Origin: Glaucostegus cemiculus
Lineage: Eukaryota
Assembly (NCBI GenBank): GCA_976551045.1
Contig: CDPCPM010000012.1
Span: forward strand, 6,882,001-6,946,000
Direction: 5' to 3'
Length of the DNA stretch: 64,000 bases
A model generated the notes under the pieces. That model saw nothing but the letters and a program-made list of their open reading frames with translations, did no database searches and had not been told where the DNA came from. The position numbers and the translations under genes were made by a program. This document shows positions 1 through 13,460 of the stretch, piece by piece (position 1 is the first letter of the stretch; each line of letters opens with the position of its first letter).

Positions 1-180
1 ACTGGCATAATCTAATCTTCACCTTGACTGGAATGCCGGGGGAATGACTTAAACTGTGGCAAAAATGCACAAGAATGGTTAAGCAAACAACATTCACAAT
101 AACTGTATAAAGGGAATTTTTGGCTGTATTAATTTATTTTAGTTATTAGTGGTTGGGGATGAGGGGAATGGATGCCCAGA

Positions 181-421
181 AGATATCTTTTATTAGTCAC
201 ATGTACATCAAAACACACAGTGAAATGGATCTTTTGCGTAGTGTTCTGGGGGCAGCCTGCAAGCGTTGCAATGCTTTTGGTGCCAACACAGCATGCCCAC
301 AACTTCCTAACCTGTACGTCTTTGGAATGTGGAAGGAAATCGGAGCACCCGGAGCAAACCCACGCAGACACGGGGAGAACGTACAAACTTCTTACAGAGA
401 GTGGCCGGAATTGATCCTAAG
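181..421 (-). mobile_element. V-SINE (HE1-like) with Rex-type tail, head truncated
   Basis: V-domain core (tttggaatgtgg..gaaa.cggagcacccggag.aaacccacgcagacacggggagaac). Tail is near-identical to the copy at 48111-48405. Confidence 0.85.
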
Positions 422-3096
422 GTAACCTCACTAAAAAAAAATCTGTTTGGTTCAAATGTTGATTATTGGAGATAATGTCATACTACATGTTCTCAGCAGG
501 GCAGCCAGGTTGATATTCTACATTATATGTTGAGGAGATCTCACGAGTACAATTGGAGAGATCTCTCAGAGCCTATTATATCATACTGCAGTTTAAAACA
601 AGGTGGCACAAATTCACTCCTGAGAAGACCTGGTTTACAACATCACCAATATGAAGCTCAGATCAATCCAAGTAGACTGCAGACCTCAGCCTCTGATTCA
701 ATTTCAGTTCTGATATAACTTCCTCAACACAGGAAAGAAATGAGTTATGCAAGTAATATTTGGACACACTATTCTTTGTCTCATAGGTATGAGCTCAATT
801 AAGGTGAAAACTTTTCTCATCTATTGTTTTGAGCATTGTTATAGCCAGCATTTTGTTAAACAATATGCTGCAATATCAATTTTCTTCCAAATGCAAACAA
901 AGTTTGTACCCTGGTCAAATTAACCACTAATGTTTTACCTGATTTTTAATTAAACTATTCATAAAAACTGCCCTATATGATGTTCCAAACAAGAATATAC
1001 AGAAAATCTACTATTGTTATTATTCTTGGAATAATTGCATAACTGCAAGAAAAAATAACAGAAAAAGTATCTACCATACAGAAAACTACTAAATGCAAGC
1101 CTCTCTTCCAAAGGAACAGTTTCATGGTATATGACTTAACCTTAAAACTTTGTAAGGTGTAGAAAAAACTCATAAGTCCAACAAAATATCTGAATTAGTC
1201 CAAAGTTTAGATTTATTAATTATTGATGCAGGCTGAATTGTGTAATGTTATCCAAGGGAGTATGTCTGCAACACTCTCATTTCAATGCCCAGTATGAGCC
1301 TGTTAATATTCAACTAAAGGAAGCCTTACGTTGTGGAAATTGAACCTTTTTGCTCCACTCATCACCAGGTTAGATTGGGCTAGTGAAAACTTTCAAGTAA
1401 ATTGGCTGGGACTTTTTTGTACTTGATTCACCAGAGCACGACCAACATTTCCCCAGCTTCAGTTGCACAGCTATTGACGTCATCACATGTGCAGCAGCCA
1501 TTTCCACAATTACAAAACAAACTGGTGCATTTAGGTAAAATCTATGACCTTCAGTTATCAGTCAACCCAACTGTGGAAGGGTAAAGAACTGTGAATTAAA
1601 GTGATTGCAGATGATATCCATGCTCAACTCACTGGATCTACCAAATTCAGTTCCTATTGTTCAGTATATGTACAGATGCATCAATATGTGTGCCCTTACT
1701 GGCTGTAGAATTTCTTTTGTGTACCTCAGTTCAGGGTGCTCTGATGTTGACCAGACTGATCAACCTATACTCCAGAGAAATACAAGGTCACAATGAAGCA
1801 AGGCTTTGGATTGCACAGAAGATTGTTTGCCACACATATTGGAGATTACAGCTTCCTACTTCTATGTTTTCCATCATTTTCATGGCAATCTTTTCTGTAG
1901 CTGGTCTGTGGCAGCTATGGAAAAGTTCTTTATGGTCTGACCACATTACCTAGGAGCTCTGCAGTTACTGACAGGAACTGATTTATATTCGAATATGGTA
2001 TTCTGTGCATACAATGTTATAGAACTGCTTTCAATGAATTTTTACCCATTTTGTGTCTTTTACTCAAGAGGAAATTTGCACCAAATGCAACTCGTGTTTC
2101 GTGCACCAAAAGGGTAACTCAATTTCTAAGCAAATGATTTAAGGTTTTCACCCTCTTACTCCAGTAATTTTTTCAACAGATCTGAGGTGGGCAAGAATGT
2201 AGAAACAATGTTACTACAGCCTTTGGTTAAAAACAGGACAGTGAAAATATTTTATAGACATTGATGGGTAGCTTTAAAATTCAGATAATGGGACATTGAG
2301 GTGTTTTTGGCATAGGGGCTTGTGAATCATACATAGATTTATGCTGTGTACAACTCCCAAAATTTATTTTAAAAAATATTGTGAATTGCTGTGCCTCATG
2401 CCCGTCATTATAAGCATGTGCGCCCAGTCTATCCACATCAGAGTCAAGGGAAAATGACCTCACATATGTAAGTAACCCAGGGTTTAAATATTAGGCTAAA
2501 ATTAGAGGAGCAGGTCTGTGCTGGGTGGAAATCCCAATTTTCCAGGCATGTACCGGCAATCATAAAACTGGGCCAATATTATGCCGCAATACTAAAAATA
2601 TTGCTTCAGGAACCTACATTATGTTTTTATCACAAGAAAATTAAAGTGCTTCACAGAAGAAAATAGAGACAACAGGTACAACTTGCCAAATATGGAGATA
2701 TTGGACCAAATCAAGTTGACTGACAACCAACAGTCAATAGGGAACTGCCAGCTGTCAGTCATCTGTGGCTCAGTTTGTCTTGGACTCTGAGCATGCACAA
2801 GAAAATGTGGAAGGCCAGAACAACAGGAAGGCCAAGTGCTGCCAAATCTGAACTCTTGTTTTGCCACAAAAGAAAAGGTAAAGTATATCCAGCTCCTCTC
2901 TACAGCACATCAGTGACGGCTACTGACTAAGAGACTTAACACTGAACCAATGTGGGAGCACTATGTCCTAGAGAGAGGAGATGAATGTATTTAACCTTCA
3001 ACTTATAATGAGACAGAAGGGGCCATTTGGCCCATTAGGTCCATGTTGACTTTCAGGGGAGAAATTCTGTTATTCCATTCCCCCTCTCCTTGTTTC

Positions 3097-4748
3097 ATAG
3101 AGAACATATAGAACACCACAGCACAGTACAGGCCCTTCGGCCAACAATGTTGTGCCCACGTTTTATCCTGCTCTGAGATCTATCTAATCCTCCCCCCCCC
3201 CCCCACATAGCCCCCTATTTTTCTATCATTCATGTGTGTCTAAGACTCTCTTAAATGTCCCTAATGTATCTGCCCACACAACCTCTGCAGGCAGTGTGTT
3301 CAATGCACCCACCACTCTTTGTGTAAAAAACTTACTCCTGACATCCCCTTATATCTGCCTCCAATCACCCTAAAATTATGACCCCTCATGTTAGCCATTG
3401 TCACCCTGAAAAAAAGTCTCTGACCGTCCACTTGATCTATGCCTCTTATCATCTTGTACACCTCTATCAAGTCACCTCTCATCCTCCTTCGCTCCAAAGA
3501 GAAAAGCCCTAGCTCGCTCAACCTATCCCCATAAGACATACTCTCCAATCCAGGCAATACCCTGGTAAATCTTCTCTGCACCATCTCTAAAGCTTCCACA
3601 TCCTTCCTACAATTAAGCAACCAGAAGTGAATACAATACTCAACTGTGGTCTAACCAGAGTGCTATAGAGCAGCAACATCACCCTGTGGCTCTTGAACTC
3701 AATACCCTGACTAATGAAGACCACCACTCCACATGCCTTCTTACCACCCCTGTCGACCTGCATGGCAACCTTGAGGGATCTATGGACGTGGTCCCCAAGA
3801 TCCCTCTGTTCCTCCACACTGCTACGAGTCCTGCTATTAACCTTGTATTCTGACTTCAAGTTCTATTTCCTGAAGGTATCACTTCACACTTATCCGGGTT
3901 GAACTCCATCTGCCACTTCTCAGCCCAGCTCTGCATGCTATCAATATCCTGTTGTAATCTACAGCAAACTTCTGCACTATCCATTCTTGGTGTAGCAGCC
4001 AGCATAATCAAAGACCCCACTCATCCGGGACATTCACTCTTCTCTCCTCTTCCATTGGGTAGAAGATATAGGTGCCTGAGGGCACGCATCACCAGACTTA
4101 AAGACAGCTTCTTCCCCACTGTGATAAGACTATTGAACAGTTCCCTTATACAATGAGATGGTCTGTGACCTCACATTCTACCTTGTGCGACCTCGCACCT
4201 TATTGCACTGTACTTTCTCTGTAGCTGTGACACTTTATCCTGTACTGTTACTGTTTTCACTGGACTATTTCAATGCACTTTGTACTAACTATGTAACTAT
4301 GTGTAATGAATTGACCTGTACGATCAGTTTGTAAGACAAGCTTTTTCACTGTACCTCAGTAAAAGTGACAGTAATAAACCAATACCAATCACCAGCAAAC
4401 TTACTAACCCACCCTTCCACATCCTCATCCAAGTCATTTATAAAAATTACAAAGAGCAGGGATCCCAGAACAGATCCCTGCGGGACACCACTGGTCACCA
4501 ACCTCCAGTCAGAATATGCTCCATCTACCACCACCCTTTGTCTTCTATGGGTGAATCAATTCTGAATACACATAGCCAAGTTTCCCTGGATCCCATGCCT
4601 CCTGACCTTCTGAATAAGCCTTCCATGAGGAACCATATCAAATGCCTTACTAAAATCCATGTAAACCATATCTTCATCAATGTGCTTTGTCACATCCTCA
4701 AAGAATTCAATCAAGCTTATGAGGCACTCCTGCCCCTCACAAAGCCAG
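3097..4748 (-). mobile_element. CR1 LINE 3' fragment (RT C-terminus plus 3' tail), degenerate
   Basis: ORF pieces [49 protein letters not shown] and [15 protein letters not shown], plus the CR1 tail gggccgaagggcctg. Confidence 0.93.
3994..4389 (+). mobile_element. Rex1/Babar LINE 3' fragment nested in the CR1
   Basis: AASIIKDPTHPGHSLFSPLPLGRRYRCLRARITRLKDSFFPTVIRLLN is the Rex-Babar C-terminus. The tail is tttcactgt...aataaacc aatacc. CR1 rejoins across the insertion as ...ggtgt|caccagcaaac (FAGDTK). Confidence 0.9.
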
Positions 4749-5554
4749 TACCTCTGCAATTTATTCTCTCTCGCACATGCCTATCAACTCCCATTTTGAT
4801 TCTTTTTTGCCATTAACCACTATTAGAATAATTTTTGGTAGCCAATTAACCTACTAGCATGCCTTTGGGGTGTGAGAAGAAGCTGGAGCACTCAGAAGAA
4901 AACACGTATGATCATGGAGAGAATGGGCAAACTTCCACAGACAGCACCATTAGTTAGGATCGAACCCCGGTCTCTAGAGCTGTGATGAGCACTACCAAAT
5001 GCTGTACCACGTTGCTGGCCACTATGCATCCGACCCTCTGTTTTACAGGGATGGCTGGCATTTGGGGGATGTTGCCATCCATTTGAATGAGATTGGTGTC
5101 TTTGTGAAAAAAGATAAAATGCTGGTAAGCATCTGATTATTTTTAATTTTTTTAAACATTATATTGGTATCTCAAGGTTCCCAATTATTATTATTTATTA
5201 TTTCAAACTATTTGAATAGTTTTAAAGATGTCTCTAACTACCACAGACATTTAAAAGCAGTGTCTTGTCTTGTCTCTCAGAGGCCATTTTGCCCCTCAGG
5301 TTGGCAGGTGCCACAGCAGCAAGTTGGTGCAGCGGGCCATGTCCAGCACAGCCCAGCCCGATAACAGAACTTGAAAAAGCAATGAAGATTTTGGATGGGT
5401 CCTAATCATGGAAAGAGAGAAGGAATCTAGTGTCTAAGAGGGAAGTGACCAATGGCCGGGTGTCAATGGGATTGGAATCAGAGGAATATGAAATGCTGGG
5501 ATGGAGATATGGGAAAAGTGAGGTTATAAAGGAACCTAAGGAGCTTAGTAGACA

Positions 5555-5845
5555 GTAGAGCTGCTGCCCAGATCTCCAACAACAAAGAGTCAATACTGAC
5601 CTCCTCTGCTGTCTGTGTGCATTTTGCTCTTTTATCCCACATCTGGAAGATGTAAGGGTTGGTAGGTTAAGTGGCCACTGTAAATTCCCCCTCCTGTGAA
5701 ACACAGGGCCATGTACTGGTGGGAGCTGATGGGAATGTGCTGAGAATAAAATGGGATTAATGTAGGATAAATCTAAGTGGGGGCTTGATGGCGAGCACTG
5801 ACTCAGTGGGCCAAAGGGCCTGCTTCATTGCTGTATGACTCTATA
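5555..5845 (+). mobile_element. Degenerate V-SINE (HE1-like, CR1 tail)
   Basis: cccacatc...ggtaggttaagtggccactgtaaatt core and gggccaaagggcctg...ctgtatgactctata tail. Confidence 0.7.
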
Positions 5846-6397
5846 ACACAAGGATGAAAATTTAAACTCGGAAGAGGTGTTGGTTGGCGAGCTGTTGTAC
5901 CTCACCAAGTAAACAGGTGGTGGATGAGCACGAAGAGGCATGGGACAGGAGATGATGGATGGCAGTACTTTAAATGAACTGAAGGTGATAGAAAACAGTG
6001 GAATAACTAAGGCTGGACTCGACATAGGCATGAATAGGCTGAAATAAGGATGGAGGCAGGCAATGCTATAAAGAGAAACAATTTCTCCTCCACCAAGATC
6101 TATGTCATTGCTGATGCACTGATGTTTTCACACATGAAGGAAATCACAGGCAAGCTAGATCCAACAACTTTAATCCATCGAAGAGAACATCTTCGACCCT
6201 GAGGGCTGTCTCCACCAATAACTTCAGAGGTGGAATGAGACTGCACGTGTAACATTACTCATAATTTGAACAGGCAAAACCTGAATTGTATATCTTTGTC
6301 TAATTTTAAACCCAGTTATCATAATTAAGGACTGCTTTCCAATTTTGACTGAGCTGTCTCCAGTAGAGTTTTGGACACTTGATTTAACAGTTGATCA

Positions 6398-6544
<147 letters not shown>

Positions 6545-9500
6545 CTAAAGACATAACACATGAAAATAAGGAACAAAATATTCCTGAAGTTCTACAATTA
6601 CTTGTAATGATTGTCACATAATAGAAGATTGAGTAAATGTTGATATCGCTGAATTAGTACAAAAGCTATAACGCAACATAATTCAAACAAGCTTATTTAA
6701 CATTAGTATGTTGCCATTTTTTAACCATTTTTGGAGCAGAAATCAAACCTTAAAAGATTAGATATTTTGTTTATTACATCAATGTTCTGTATTCTTCATC
6801 CTTAGTCTTGGCCTAGTAGTTGGTTGAGGATTGAACCAATGAACATTATAACCCACTATGATTGGTTTTAACAATTAGCTTGCTTCAATCATCAGAGTAT
6901 TTAAAAATTGAAATCAACTTTAAAAAAAAGCCATATGCAGATTTGCTACTATAAATGCAAATGAAGGGGACAAATACTGCTATCATTAATACAAATCTGA
7001 ATTGCCTTAGCTTGTTCCTACAGGAGTTCTGCCATTTCCTTAAAGCAGCATCCACTGTGCATACGCTGATCTAAACTATGAATGTTATACTGCAGATCTT
7101 TTTACATTGCTGATATAGTCATAGCAGATTTTTTAACTGACATTTCAGTGACAAACAGTTAGTGATGAACCTGATAGCATTTCAAATTTGCAACTGTTAA
7201 CATGGACATCCTTCTAAACTGAAACCAAGTAACCTGTACATTGTGTCTGAAGGATGATGTCTTGTTCTGATAATGAAGTCGACATTAAAATGACAGTCTG
7301 TCTTGAACAAGGTTGCATAGTTATTTTCAAGCTTACACTTAATGACACTCCTATAAATTTTGCATGTTTGTAGAATGAAATTCAGCTATTGAAATCAATC
7401 ATTACATTCTGTTGAAATGCTGGGGATATTGGATACAAATTTCAGGCATCTAAATGCAGTGCTGATTTAAGCCATTTTAGAAATGAACAAATAGAAGGAA
7501 CATATTTAATGCTTTATCAGCTGAAAAGTATTACTGTAAAACTCCGATTAAAATACATATGCTTCCTGGTGTAATTATTTTTAAATGCCATTTTATTATT
7601 TTATAGATATATGACTTAAATTTTGCTCACAAATTCTGAATTCCATCTGGTTTACATTTATTTCATCCATGGATGCAAACTTCCATTGATCACACAAAAG
7701 GTAGAAACATGAAAGTGTAAACTGATCTATAGCTTTATATCATCCTTGGGGATTTTTTTCCTACCTAAAAATAGGTTAGTGCTAGTGAAAGGATTTAGAA
7801 AGGTATTGAATAACAATCGCATATACAAAGAATCCAGCAAACAAACTTATTCAGCTTTATGCTGTGGAAAAACATTTCAGTATGCCTATAATTAAGACTC
7901 GTATTCCATTTTATCACATCTATCCCACCACCTTCACTGATTCCTCCTGCCATTTGCATAGCGCATTCACTTTCCTAATTTCACAGTCATTATGCACTGA
8001 TGTCCTGATTTCTCAGCATCACTAATCTTGACAAACTTAAATCACTGATGAAGGTCAGACAGATGAAGGAACGTTGCAAACTCTACACAGAGCTTACTAT
8101 CTACGTGGCAGCAACAAATTTCCATTAAACGACTCAGACTCACCAAGTTTACCAGTTATTTTGGGACAGGGTGACGGAAGTTCACACTTAAACTGCACAT
8201 GTTCTATCCTATTGTCTTTTGTGTTGTAACTAATGTCAGGAATCAAAGAGCATGCAGCATTGGCAGTAGGCTATTATAGCACACACTTTATTACACATTA
8301 CTACAGAGGTCATTAGCAACAAGAGTGATTGTACAGTTCTTAACCTATTGATCACTCCAACTACTGCCATTTAATCCCTTGTTGAATGACTGAAACTGCT
8401 ATAAGGCACACTATAGAGAATACTTGAACACAAATAAATAGCTAAGCACCGAATGTTGAAAGCTAGTGCACAGATTCAGAACAGAAAAGTCACCTATGCA
8501 AAAAGCGAAATGCGTGAATCTGATGTTGAGCATTTTATCTACCCCACGTTCAAGATGCTTTGAAAAGCATTCCACTATGGATAGTGAAACAAAACAATGT
8601 GAGTAAATACATTAAATACAATAACCAAATTCTTTTCTGCAAGATTCTAAATTGAACTTTATAACATGTTGAAAATGCACCACTGATTTAAGATAAATCT
8701 AGAAAATTGATTTAAATATTTGTTCTTGTTTTTGGAAAATGGTACATAACTCATGCAATGAAATAACTTTCTTATATTAAAAAAAACATACCTTAAGTAC
8801 ATGCTCGACGATAAATCTGATTAGCAAGGCACAACTTTGACAAAACAGCTTAAAAAGCAGAGGTAGTCATTAACTGGTTACCTCAAGAGTTAAAATATGA
8901 CTTGAAAGTTAAAAGGACAACCACAGTGTGACGTATTTTCCTGTATGAAATTTTATTTGTGACCTTATGGGTTTTTCAAGAGCAATTTACACTACACAAA
9001 AGAGTAATAAAACTGATGTTGTGCAAAGAAAATCAAAGATATGCATCCATCAAAGGCATAGGCCTTTAGTTTACTTGATTGCAAAACTATACTGTTGCTT
9101 CCAAAAGAAGGACAAAAATATATTGTCTGTAAAAAAAAATGCTATTTTTGTGATTCAACTACACTATTCATTCCAAATAAAAGTCCACCCATTTATGAAC
9201 CAGTCCAGATCCAGCTCCGCTAACAAATGATTTGTTCATTCCATCTGGCAGTTATTATCTATCAGTCATAAATAATACGTCACAGATTTATAAATAATAG
9301 TGTTTATGAGGGAGAACAGCATGTGTTCACGCGTGACCAAAACACGGATGCTGTATCAAAATTTGGAAACGGATGTTCCCTGATGAAATGCATTGACCAA
9401 CACTAGCTTGTAACTACTCAAGCATCTTTAATAAACAGAACAAACTCTGTGATTTCACAAAGTACTCAATAAATAGCAATCCAGACCTTGTGAAGTGAAT

Positions 9501-9679
9501 AAATACATATTTAGAATAACCAATAATGATGACACATGAACATGGTTTTAGGATATAACTTTAGTACTACTGTTTTGGAAAAATCAGAACTTCCTTCAAA
9601 ATATGCCAAAGTGCTTCATAACTATTGAATTACTATTGAGGGATAAGCATTGTTATTTTGTAGGCCAAAACAATATTAA

Positions 9680-9990
9680 ATCTGTGCACTGCAAGATCCC
9701 GCAAACAGAAAATTTAAGAAATAACTAACATATTTTGGTGACAGCATCTGAGGGAGGAAAGCTGCAAGGACACCAAGAGCCAGCTCAACCAAATTATGGA
9801 ATGAGAATTTTTATGTTCACCTGACAGACAGCTGGACCTCTTTTTAAAATCATCTGATTTTGAAAGATGCTTGCAACAATGCAATCCTCCAGCAATACTC
9901 CAGGGAAGTGCCAGTTTAGTTTATGTTCTCATCTAAAGTGGGGCTTCAACTCAAGTCCTTCTGAATCAAAGGAAAGGATATTTCAATGGC
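9680..9990 (-). mobile_element. Degenerate SacSINE1/Deu-domain SINE
   Basis: Reverse complement is collinear with 31588-31940 and 59470-59797. Confidence 0.55.
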
Positions 9991-10439
9991 TAACACTGTT
10001 TAAAGATTAAAATATTTCACTTGACTTTTAAGTCACACATTAAAGTTTTAAGCATGCCCTATACATTCTTTAAAATTTAATAAACCATAGTTCCCCATCC
10101 AGGTAATGCACTTCTGAACCAACTAACAGATTGGGTCATGTAATGGGGACCCATTTAGTTTTTTTTAAACCAACTCATTAATTGGTTTTACCATATCAGC
10201 AAAACCATTTTGCTTTCTATTTGCATTACCTGGCAAGGTTTCTGGTCAAGGAATCCGTTGGCACCTACTGAGGCACATTAATTCACCTTTATGTAATCTG
10301 CCAATAACTGTTATAATTGTTGCCCAACTGCTTAAAAATTCATGGCTCCCAAGGCCCAAGGAGGAGTAGGGCACAAGCAATGGCCCCGACACATTCACCT
10401 GCTGCCAAACACTTAAGGGAAAATGGCAGGTTAATGTGA

Positions 10440-10740
10440 GAGTGGGTTTGGATCAGCAGGGGGTGGTTGGGGGGGGGGGGTGCAGGGAAAGAGACCCTGA
10501 AATTATGTATTCGGTCATCAGATCAAGGACTTGGGAGAGGTAATGTGATCAGGGTCATCAAAAGAGGCCAGGGGCTGTGATATGGACAGGAAGGGAGTTT
10601 GTCAAAGGATTAGGGCCTGTTGGAGGAGTGCTGCCTGGATGCCTCAGTATTATGGGCTGAGGGAGGGGTCAGTATAGTAGGGGAGGGAAAAGGCATGGGA
10701 GGGGTTGGGGGCGGGGGGTGGTAATAAGGAGGAGGAAATC
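10440..10740 (+). repeat. G-rich low-complexity tract (G-runs, poly-G), probably inside an old non-autonomous DNA element
   Basis: gggggtggttgggggggggggg and gggaggggttggggggcgggggtgg in otherwise AT-rich DNA. Confidence 0.55.
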
Positions 10741-11349
10741 TGATACGAAAATAAATTCAAAGGGACTTAACCAACAATTGCTCTGGGCTGGAAACTGGGA
10801 GAGTACCCGATATGCCTGAAAACCAGAAATATTCTAAAGGAGCATTAAACAACAAAAAGTCCACATCTAATGTGAAAAACATATCATCAGTGCAAGTGCA
10901 ATTTGTCTCTGGAAACGCTTTGTCCTCGTCAGATTTCTGAGGTGGTGCAATTTGACCCGGAAATAATTCTAATCACAATCCACTTCAGGAAAACACTGAA
11001 TTTCATAAGCATTAACCATAAAATAGCCTCTTATTTTTAATATACATCACATCCTCAGCCAATTGGCATAGGTTCACAAATAAAGACACATCTCACAAAG
11101 ACAACTTAAATGATGCTTTGTGAAGACCTGAACAGATGAATTCATATCAGTCCCTTAAAATCAAAGAATAATGGATAGACATCTTCCAGAATGGACAGCT
11201 TCATTAAGTGCCCAATATATAGCTACAGGAAACAGTCAAAATTATCCATTTTTATGAGGATGATAATCACTTAAGGATACAAGGACATAAAATAAACCCA
11301 TGGCTTGAATGATTTGAAAGGTTTGAGCCACTTTCTTTTTTCATGAAAT

Positions 11350-11585
11350 TTGGAGGCCACGAGCAATACGGACACTGACTGTCTACCTCTGCCCATGGAT
11401 TGAGGAGCTAGTTAAGAGTGAACAACCTTAGTGAGCCAAGAAGTATATATAGGCTAGATCAGATAAAGATGGCAAATTAACTTCACTGAAATTCATGAGT
11501 AAAACAGATAGATTTTTATGACAATGCAATAGTATCATGGTACTGATACATTACAGATACCAGATTTATTTAATTACTTGATATA
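11350..11585 (-). mobile_element. Degenerate tRNA-derived SINE (LF-SINE-like shark family)
   Basis: gttaagagtgaac...gatggcaaatt...aacagatagatttttatgacaat...catggt. The same family appears at 47795-47985. Confidence 0.5.
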
Positions 11586-12607
11586 TGCAGGTGAAATCAC
11601 AAAATAGTTGTATAGAAAAGGCAGAGAGAATCCAAAACTCTCCTCATGTGGTGCTAGAAGAATTTAAAACAACTCCATCACAAGACATAATTTGTTCCAG
11701 CTACTGATGGGCATCTAATAGCCCAATGAATTTAGTAATGATGAAAGAATGAGAAGAATATTTGGAATAATAAAGCATATTATGGTCTTAATATGATGTA
11801 TTTATCTGATTATGAAACCCTACCAAATCCTTCAGTTAGTGAGATCCTTTTCCATTTAGCATCTCATTGAGAACTGTAGCTAGGGACTTCCAGCAGATGG
11901 ATTTGTGAATCAAGTGGGTGTGTCCAGTTTGGAACTCGCTGGGAGGGGGAAGTCAAGTATTATGGGTACACCCAATGGAGCTGGAATGGCAACATAGCAA
12001 ACTTCACAAAACAGCTTGCACAGGAAAACCTTAACCAAAAGATTAAGAAGCAAAACTGACAAAGCAATTGGAGGAACAAATCTGTGATCAAAACAGTACA
12101 CAGACAGTTGAAAGCATTTGGTACTAATAAGTTACAAAGGGATAATCAAGCCAGTACTGAAACTGAACTAATCAAATCAGAAATGAAACTAAACAGATCA
12201 ATGATGTCCAGACTGAAACTGATCAAGCAAGGGCTAAACTCATCAAGTGAATAAACAACTCTCTAAGGAGGATACATGGAAGGTCAGAAAGCCCACACTT
12301 GAGTGATACCTCCATGGAGATTAACCTTCATAAAGAGAAAGCCCTCCATGCCCAAGAGGAAAGAGAGATCAACAGTCAAGAGGAAGCCCCTACATCTGAG
12401 ATGAGGAGATCAGACCCAGGTAGTTCAACGTTGTGTATCTAATGGGTCACTTTGTAGGGGTAATATCCTAACTAACTTGTTCTGGTGGTTATTTTTGTAG
12501 TCTTAAATGTATTAGTGACAATACTTGTGTATTAAAAGATGAATAAAGAAAGCTTGACTATAAAATGTACATTCTGCCTCAAACTCTCCTCCTACCCAGC
12601 ATGTGGC

Positions 12608-13460
12608 CAGAATCAGAATTATTATCACTGACATATGTTGTGAAATTTGTTGTTCTGCAGCAGCAGTACAATGCAAAACATAAAAATTACTAAGTTACAT
12701 ATTATATATAAAATGTATATTATAAATTACTAAGTTTTATATATATTTATATACACACATTATATACATATATATTTTTTAAATTTTATTTACAGCGTGG
12801 TAACAGGCCCTTTCGGCCCAACGAGTCCACGCCACCCATTTTAAACCCCCAAATTAACCTACCCGTATGTCTTTAGAATGTGGGAGGAAACCAGAGCACC
12901 TGGAGGAAACCCAGGCAGACACGGGAGAATGTACAAACTCCTTACAATCAGCAACGGGAATCGAACCCCGATCGCTGGCGCTGTAACAGCGTCACGCTAA
13001 CTGCTACGCTATCATGCCGCCCCACATATATACATATACATATCTCCTCAAACTCCTAATTAAGTAGAGTCACTGGCATGTTTTCTTCATGTGTTGGGCC
13101 CAGGATAGATCTTCTGAGATGCTGTCCTCCCAGGAACTTGACACTGCTCACCCCTTCCATCGCTGATCCCTCAATGAGGACTGGTGTGTGTTCTCCTGGC
13201 TTCCCCTTCCTGAAGTCCACAATCAATTCCTTGGTCTTGCTGATGTTGAGCGCGAGGCTGTTGTTGCGACACCACTCAACCAGCCGATCTATCTGACTCC
13301 TGTACACCTCCTCGTTGCCATCTGAGATTCTGCCAATAACAGTGGTGTCATCGGCGAATTTATGGATGGTGTTTGAGCTGTGCCTAGGCACACAGTCATG
13401 AGTGTAGAGAGAGTAGAGCAGTGGGCTAAGCAGGCATCCTTGAGGTGCACCTGTGTTAAT
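12608..13460 (-). mobile_element. Rex1/Babar LINE fragment (RT core plus 3' tail, internally deleted)
   Basis: TGAPQGCLLSPLLYSLYTHDC...KFADDTTVIGRI...LNISKTKELIVDFRK in ORF 13056-13520. Rex-type tail at 12608-12690. Confidence 0.88.
12775..13023 (-). mobile_element. Young full-length V-SINE (tRNA head, V-domain, short CR1-type tail) with 9-bp TSD
   Basis: Head ggcggcatgatagcgtagcagttagc...ggttcgattcccg. TSD ACATATATA at 12766-12774 and 13024-13032. Confidence 0.9.

Larger units (their letters stand above)
3008..5020 (-). mobile_element. Older V-SINE split by a CR1 insertion (tail 3008-3096; head/core 4749-5020)
   Basis: The two parts join into a sequence collinear with the intact plus-strand SINE at 34437-34795. 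Confidence 0.7.

Noticed and set aside
8045-8075. CTGATGAAGGTC...GGAACG hammerhead-like core
   Set aside because: No convincing stem II pairing or GAAA box.
12960-13023. tRNA-like A/B boxes (also at 29580-29647, 34437-34505 and 48340-48405)
   Set aside because: These are SINE heads fused to V-domain cores, not tRNA genes.
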